Shown here in pieces: positions 58,490-64,000 of a stretch of DNA of 64,000 bases. How positions within the stretch are numbered: the first letter of the stretch is position 1; the number at the start of each line of letters is the position of its first letter. Both the position numbers and the translations under genes were made by a program. The notes under the pieces are model-generated. The model searched no databases and had not been told where the DNA came from. It was given only the letters and a program-made list of their open reading frames with translations. The stretch comes from Limisphaerales bacterium (GTDB lineage Bacteria > Verrucomicrobiota > Verrucomicrobiia > Limisphaerales > SIBE01), in NCBI GenBank assembly GCA_044225505.1, contig JBGAIN010000018.1, positions 5,353 to 69,352 of the forward strand, written 5' to 3'.

Positions 58490-61400
58490 TCAAGGGAATG
58501 GCGTCTCCAACCGGACGCGATAATAATAAGGCCCTGGCGAACGCGCATTCGTGTCGACCACCCGACTGATCTCACCAACCGCGGCAATTCTTGGCACGAC
58601 AGTAACAAACGCTCCATTGTCCGGAGTCGTGGCTCGTTCGAGGGCGTAGAACTTGCCCGGCACGGTGGACCATTGAATTTCCATTTGGCCATTAGCCTGC
58701 GGCAGCGCCGAAGTGATGCGGAGCAGCGACGTGGCATCCTTTGGATCGGTTCCAGCCTTAGCCTCCATCAAGTCAAGAAAGCCATCGCCATCGAAGTCCG
58801 TGGATTTTGATGCACCCGATAAGTCACCAAACTGCGCAAGCTCCCAGAAGTCGGAGATACCATCGTTGTCGGCGTCGTCTGTCTCCAAGTTAAAACGAAC
58901 CACTTGGTAGCGGCGGCCTTGAGGATTGAAGTGGTGCAAAAGGAGGAGCTCCACCGGTCTGTCCAGGGCGGCCGAGGCCACTCGATCGATTCGCACCGCG
59001 ATTGTATCCCCATCGTCTCGAGTTGGATAACCCTCCAGTCCAAACAGGGCTGTATCAACCGCCGGCTTGGCGACATCGTAAGGAACCCACGCCGTCTGGT
59101 CCACAACGGTCAGACCGTCCGGCCCTCTCGCAACGACTCGGTAACTGAATTTGGGATTAGAGTCCGTCAACCCTAAGTCGCCGGCGTTAACCGATAACAC
59201 CAAGACGCTATTGTTAAACGGCGCGGTCTCACGCTCATTCGCTGCGTATATATTCACGAATCCTCCGGCAAACAGCTCATCGGTGAGAGTGTCTCGCACC
59301 ACTGTCAAAAAGACGTCGTTCGCCACTTCCGGATTGCCTAAATCAAAGTCAGCCAACTCGCCGTCACTCCCATTTGCCAAGACGTAATCGATCACCCCGT
59401 CATGATCGACATCGATGACCACCTCCAGATCTACCAGGAAACTTTGCGGCGTCGTCCAGGATCCGGCTGTCACAAGCCCAAAGAACAACGTGCTGTTTTG
59501 CACGCGGTGTTGAGTTCCAAAGTCGCTCGCGGCGCCCACCGCCAAAACGTCTGCCGCTGAATAGATGGGGTCACCCAAGTGCTGATTCGAGCTAACGGCA
59601 CCCAGCTGAAAAACGGACAAAAGCGGCTTCGCCAATGCAGCGGTTCCGCGAACCGGAAGGATCGCGTCCACCAGGTTAGTTCCTAGCGGCAGGCCCACTT
59701 CGCTCGCCGTGACTGAATAGTCCGCTCCTGCCTGAAGGATGGCGTGGTAAGGCAGATGTATCGCTACATTCGTCCCTTCAAAGTGAATCTGCCCACTGAC
59801 CTCAAGGAGCGTATGTCGTGGCAGGCCATTCAGGCGAGTTGGGGTGGTGGGATCACCGCTCGCGCCGAAGCTTGAGGGATCCGCTCTTAACTGAAATGGA
59901 AGAGACACCGAGCCTAGCGGCGGGACGATGGCGGAGGGACTGATCGGAACTAATTCCGCCTCTGCGCCGTTCAACGTCGATTGCACGGAAACGCGTAATG
60001 CAACCGCATTGGTTCCGTGGTTGGTTAAGTGAACGAACCGTGTCTCGTTTATCGCATTCGTTACGGTCAGCGCACCAAAAGAGAGAGAGACCAATCCCTT
60101 CCCGTTCTCCGCCGACGCGGTCAGCACCGTCCGTGCCGCCCGATCGACCTGCAACCGTCCAGCTCCAACCCGTGATTCCGGGTAGGGAGTCGCATCCTCG
60201 TCCTGCGTCGGCGCGGCCGTATTCATGAGAGCCGCTTTGATCTCTTCGACACTCCAGCGCGGATGCAATTTCTTGAGCAACGCCGCAGCGCCCGCCACAT
60301 GCGGTGTGGACATCGACGTGCTGCTCGCACTCACTCCGTTGGTTCCGGTGCCCATGGACGCGGAGATAATGGCTTCACCAGGGGCCGTCAGTTCGGGCTT
60401 AAGGAGACTCCCTGGCGAGCCAGTCCCCGCGAGCGAGTTGAAGTCCGATAGTTGATCGGTCAGCCCGGAGCCAGGCAATGTCAACGAGGCGTCCAATCGA
60501 ACCGGTAAATTCGAGCGGAACAGAGCCCAGAAGATTCCATCCGCCTGTGAAACCATGACCGCTGGGATTCGCGCGGCCGCGCTCTCTCCAGCCATCGGAA
60601 ACGGGGCTTCCCCGGTATTGTTGACCATAATCACAGCTATGGCTCCGGCTTCCTCGGCACGCGCAATCTTTTCGGAGAACAAGCACGTTCCTCGATCGAT
60701 CAAAGCGATTTTCCCTTTCAAGTCGGCGGCATTGGTCAACGCGTCGCACGCTTTGCTGGGCGCTGCCAAAACCACGAAGTTCGTCAGCGGCCCAATCTCG
60801 GCCAGCGGCGGCGTAAAGCTCGCTTCGACCGCTTCGTAGAGCCCCGCCACTCGCTTGGGGGAGAGAATTTCCAGCGCCGGACTGGTAAATCGAGCATCCA
60901 AGGAATTAGCGACACTCACTGCACGCTCGGCCACTCCCGGCGCCGCGATCGTATAATAAATATTGCCGCTATTCCCAGCAGCCACTACCACCACGCACCC
61001 CAGTTCCGCGAGTTGATTCGCGGCATTTAACACCACGTCATCCGGAGAAACCTGGCCAAAGGAGCTGCCCAACGACAGATTCACAACGTCAAGGTGATCC
61101 TCAAAACTACCATCGCCGTTGGGATCCGCAGCCCACTCCAGAGCATCGAGGATCAAATCGGTCGGACCATCGCAGCCAAAAATCTTCAGAGCGTAAATCT
61201 GCGCTTTCGGGGCAATGCCCGGGCCAACCAAGAATTGACTCATCTCTAACGAGGGGGAGTACAAGCCGCCATACGTGCTTCCATTCGTTAGCACGCCATA
61301 CCCCGCGGCTATGCCTGCGACGTGCGTTCCATGACCATTGCAGTCGAGCGGGTCCGGATCGGGAAATGGGGTGTAGCGCGCCGAGTCAGAGGACGATGGA

Positions 61401-62092
61401 TCGTAGCTGTTACCAGCAAAGTCAAAGCCCCCAACCACCTTCGCGGTCGGAAACGATCCCGGCTCGATCCGTGTCGGATCGTTATTTTCATAGTCGATAG
61501 GGTCGCCCGACCCACCAAAATCGGCGTGGGTATAGTCGACGCCGGTATCGATAAATCCGATGCGCACCCCGGTTCCATCCGCATTTTCAAGCTGAGCCCC
61601 CCACACTTGGGAAGCGCCGACAAATGGAATACTCTTTGAAGTCTGTCGGGAATAATATCGAACGGGTTGCACCGTCGCTACGCCAGGGAAAGATCGCACT
61701 CGCGCCAACTTGCTGACTGGAACCCTCGCCTTGATCACGTTGGCCAGACGCTGGTACTTTCCTATGACATCGATTCCCTCTCCGGCCAGGCGCGCGGAGA
61801 CCAACGATTGTCGCGCTTGAACTTGGCTCACCCGCATTTGAGCAGTCCCAGCGAGTGCGACACTTCTGCCCGAATAAAAGGTATCCAGCTCCATTTTGGC
61901 GGCCGAGCCCCCGTCCAGGACGATATAAACCAAGGAAGTTCCAGGCCCGCTTGGAATAGTCGCATCAGCGGCAGGAGCCGCTCGGTCGGTCCACGATTGG
62001 AGCCTGGCAACAAGGAGCGCCGTTAGAAGGAAAGTGCGAGACGAGATTTTCACCGGAAATGAAAGCACCCGAGTTAATTGGATGACCGACAT
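58490..62092 (-). CDS. Secreted S8 subtilisin-like serine peptidase with PA domain, DxDGDG Ca-binding repeats and FYR-type C-terminal domain
   Basis: FIDTGVDYTH (Asp), GHGTHVAG (His), AAGNSG, STSMSTPHVAG (Ser); PA domain GKIALIDRGTCLFSEK; DADNDGISDFWE...DFDGDG...AGTDP. Confidence 0.92.
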   Translation of the reverse strand: MSVIQLTRVLSFPVKISSRTFLLTALLVARLQSWTDRAAPAADATIPSGPGTSLVYIVLDGGSAAKMELDTFYSGRSVALAGTAQMRVSQVQARQSLVSARLAGEGIDVIGKYQRLANVIKARVPVSKLARVRSFPGVATVQPVRYYSRQTSKSIPFVGASQVWGAQLENADGTGVRIGFIDTGVDYTHADFGGSGDPIDYENNDPTRIEPGSFPTAKVVGGFDFAGNSYDPSSSDSARYTPFPDPDPLDCNGHGTHVAGIAAGYGVLTNGSTYGGLYSPSLEMSQFLVGPGIAPKAQIYALKIFGCDGPTDLILDALEWAADPNGDGSFEDHLDVVNLSLGSSFGQVSPDDVVLNAANQLAELGCVVVVAAGNSGNIYYTIAAPGVAERAVSVANSLDARFTSPALEILSPKRVAGLYEAVEASFTPPLAEIGPLTNFVVLAAPSKACDALTNAADLKGKIALIDRGTCLFSEKIARAEEAGAIAVIMVNNTGEAPFPMAGESAAARIPAVMVSQADGIFWALFRSNLPVRLDASLTLPGSGLTDQLSDFNSLAGTGSPGSLLKPELTAPGEAIISASMGTGTNGVSASSTSMSTPHVAGAAALLKKLHPRWSVEEIKAALMNTAAPTQDEDATPYPESRVGAGRLQVDRAARTVLTASAENGKGLVSLSFGALTVTNAINETRFVHLTNHGTNAVALRVSVQSTLNGAEAELVPISPSAIVPPLGSVSLPFQLRADPSSFGASGDPTTPTRLNGLPRHTLLEVSGQIHFEGTNVAIHLPYHAILQAGADYSVTASEVGLPLGTNLVDAILPVRGTAALAKPLLSVFQLGAVSSNQHLGDPIYSAADVLAVGAASDFGTQHRVQNSTLFFGLVTAGSWTTPQSFLVDLEVVIDVDHDGVIDYVLANGSDGELADFDLGNPEVANDVFLTVVRDTLTDELFAGGFVNIYAANERETAPFNNSVLVLSVNAGDLGLTDSNPKFSYRVVARGPDGLTVVDQTAWVPYDVAKPAVDTALFGLEGYPTRDDGDTIAVRIDRVASAALDRPVELLLLHHFNPQGRRYQVVRFNLETDDADNDGISDFWELAQFGDLSGASKSTDFDGDGFLDLMEAKAGTDPKDATSLLRITSALPQANGQMEIQWSTVPGKFYALERATTPDNGAFVTVVPRIAAVGEISRVVDTNARSPGPYYYRVRLETPFP

Positions 62093-62136
62093 TAGGCAGA
62101 CCCCGTCTCAGATAGCAAGTGGAAGCCGCCGGCGAG

Positions 62137-63477
62137 CTAATCTTCGACTCGCAAATAGATTGTCTTCAAGTACTCCGCTTCACGAAAAGCCGCAGGATGA
62201 TCCACCGGATGGCGCGTGGTGGCGAGTTCGATCACGCGAGGCCAAGTCGTGCGCGTGCTCTGACGAACCACCTCAAAGAATTCACTCACGCTAACATGAG
62301 CTGAACACGACGCCGCGACCAACAGGCCGGTCGACCGGAGCCTAGCTGCACCTTGAAGCGCGAGCCGACGGTAAGCAGCCAAGGCACGCGCCCGTTCCGA
62401 TTCCTTTTTCGCCAGGGAGGGCGGGTCGAGAATGACGAGGTCAAAACGAGTGGATTGTTGGTCCAACCACTCAAACGCGTCCGCTTGCACCCGCCGTTGC
62501 AAGCACGCTGCGACCGTGGGAATGCTTTGATTCAGAGCGAAGTTACGGCGGGACGAGTCCAACGCATGTGAACTGATATCCACGTCCATGACCGAGCGAG
62601 CTCCTCCTCGCGCCGCATACAGCGAAAATCCCCCCGAAAAGCTGAACACGTTCAGAACCTCTCGCCCCGAGCTTAAGCTCTCAATGCGTTGTCGATTCTC
62701 CCGTTGGTCGAGAAAGAACCCGGTTTTCTGGCCACGCAACACCTCCGCCTCGAAGCGCAGGCCATTCTCCAGGAAAGTGACGGGACCTTGGATGGGAGGG
62801 CCGAAGACAATGTCCCCGTCGCGGCGCTGAAATTTCTGTTCCGCTTGCGCCTGAATGTTGCGACTAAGCCGGAGCACCAACCGCTCGGGAGAAAACGCCT
62901 TCTGGAATAGGTCGATTAGCAATGGCCAGTGGGGCAGCCAGGCTGCCGTGTAAAGCTTAACCACAAGGGTGGAGTCGTAACGGTCCAAGACGAGCCCGGG
63001 CCAGCCGTCGCTCTCTCCATGAATCCATCGATACCCAGTGGTTTGCGTATCGAATCCCGCGGCCTGGCGTCGCCCGATCGCCTGCTGCAGGTGGCTCTGC
63101 CACCAGACTGAATCGATCTGAACTGGCTTGCCGACATGCAATACCCGCATGCGTAGCGGAGAGTCCGGATCGAACAAACCAATCGCCAGAAACCGGTTGT
63201 TCCGATCGTAAACGACGGCGAGTTCTCCCAGGATACCTTCGCGGTTCTGTTCACGAATGCTGTCGGCGTAAAGCCACGGATGGCCACTCCGCAGAATAGA
63301 TTCCGCGGTCGACGTGATCCGAAGTCGCAGCTTGGCCGTCACAGTAAGGATTGGCCATCGGGGGCGCCGGACCTCGCGGGGACCCCCCTTGGAGCCTGTT
63401 GAAGAATTAGCATAGGCGATGTTTCCAAGGAAAAGGCTGAGTGGCGAGGCGCGAGCAAGGGCGCATTTGCCGGTCAA
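62137..63477 (-). CDS. Class I SAM-dependent rRNA methyltransferase (RlmI/RlmK-like)
   Basis: [46 protein letters not shown]. True start probably near GTG 63342. Confidence 0.88.
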   Translation of the reverse strand: MTGKCALARASPLSLFLGNIAYANSSTGSKGGPREVRRPRWPILTVTAKLRLRITSTAESILRSGHPWLYADSIREQNREGILGELAVVYDRNNRFLAIGLFDPDSPLRMRVLHVGKPVQIDSVWWQSHLQQAIGRRQAAGFDTQTTGYRWIHGESDGWPGLVLDRYDSTLVVKLYTAAWLPHWPLLIDLFQKAFSPERLVLRLSRNIQAQAEQKFQRRDGDIVFGPPIQGPVTFLENGLRFEAEVLRGQKTGFFLDQRENRQRIESLSSGREVLNVFSFSGGFSLYAARGGARSVMDVDISSHALDSSRRNFALNQSIPTVAACLQRRVQADAFEWLDQQSTRFDLVILDPPSLAKKESERARALAAYRRLALQGAARLRSTGLLVAASCSAHVSVSEFFEVVRQSTRTTWPRVIELATTRHPVDHPAAFREAEYLKTIYLRVED

Positions 63478-64000
63478 ACCGACCGCTCGTGGCTCCCGGG
63501 TTCAGACTGGGAAAGCCCGTTCGGAAACAGGCGATCGATCTTTGCCCGAACCTCGCCACTCATTCGAATCAAAGGCGGCCAGGGTCGCTTGAACCCTTCG
63601 CCAGGCAGTTTTCGGGTTGCGTCGATGCCGAGTTTTGAACCCACCGCGATGTCGGTGGTGGCGTGATCTAACACGTCCGCTGGGCCTTTGGTGAAAATCG
63701 TATCCCGCTGGGGATCGGTGTTGGAACATTTCTCAAAGCCAGAAAGGTAATAGCTTGTATTCTGGACATCGACATCGTCATCACCACCTCAGGTGGCTTT
63801 CGTGAACATCATCTGCCCCATACCCATAGCCCGTGCATAATCTTATAAGCCTGCATCAGGATGGTCTGCCCGATGCTAACAAACGCACTAGATTTGGCAA
63901 CACTCTTACCGCGGGCAATGCCAGGTCCACAATCTCCGGAAAATTCATACGGAAGATCGGCAGGAAGAGCCGTAACGAGGCACTTCCCATGTAAAAATCC
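63474..64000 (-). pseudogene. 3' end of a UbiD-family decarboxylase (menaquinone-pathway type), frameshifted as sequenced
   Basis: DFYMGSAS..LFLPIFRMNFPEIVDLALP / FVSI..MQAYKIMHGLW / MGQMMFTK / DDDVDV..NTDPQRD..KGPADVLDHA..GIDATRKLPGEGFKRPWP, spread over several frames; may be sequence error. Confidence 0.8.

Noticed and set aside
63674-64000. Multiple frameshifts and a stop in the UbiD-family gene as real pseudogenisation
   Set aside because: Several indels and garbled codons cluster in the last ~300 bp while the other housekeeping genes are intact. This pattern fits low-quality sequence at a contig or read end; it needs read inspection.
1-64000. tRNA, rRNA, tmRNA, RNase P, prophage or integrase genes
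   Set aside because: No matching conserved motifs seen by eye; a covariance-model scan would be needed to exclude them fully.

Overview
Bacterial DNA whose gene content (PEP-CTERM protein, prepilin-like H-X9-DG protein, ASPIC/UnbV protein, 'STDL..W...FYR' tails) points to Verrucomicrobiota. This is inference from family content, not a search. Bases 1-39,685 hold a single-orientation (minus) surface-glycan locus of 33 genes. It contains a priming sugar transferase, a putative C3 oxidation/amination/acetylation trio, a Wzc-like co-polymerase with a degenerate kinase, a Wzy/WaaL-like protein and a Wzm/Wzt ABC exporter. It also has MBOAT/SGNH, GNAT, deacetylase and AsnB tailoring enzymes, and a CDP-sugar C-methyltransferase + DUF4910 + class IV aminotransferase + N-formyltransferase module. 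Next come a secreted LRR protein, a 1.7-kb non-coding stretch (decayed group II intron fused to an IS256 fragment, plus an 11-bp-period repeat array), a PEP-CTERM gene, an outer-membrane beta-barrel, rmlA-rmlD-rmlB and a cadherin-like repeat protein. The last part has a small sigma54-like locus with a four-hairpin element, coaD, yajQ, ASPIC, prepilin-like, S8 protease, an rRNA methyltransferase and a frameshift-ridden UbiD-family 3' end. No rRNA, tRNA or CRISPR array was seen. The best leads are a C-terminal domain shared by three unrelated secreted proteins, the unusual amino/formyl glycan module, and the structured non-coding elements. All family calls come from motif recognition by eye.
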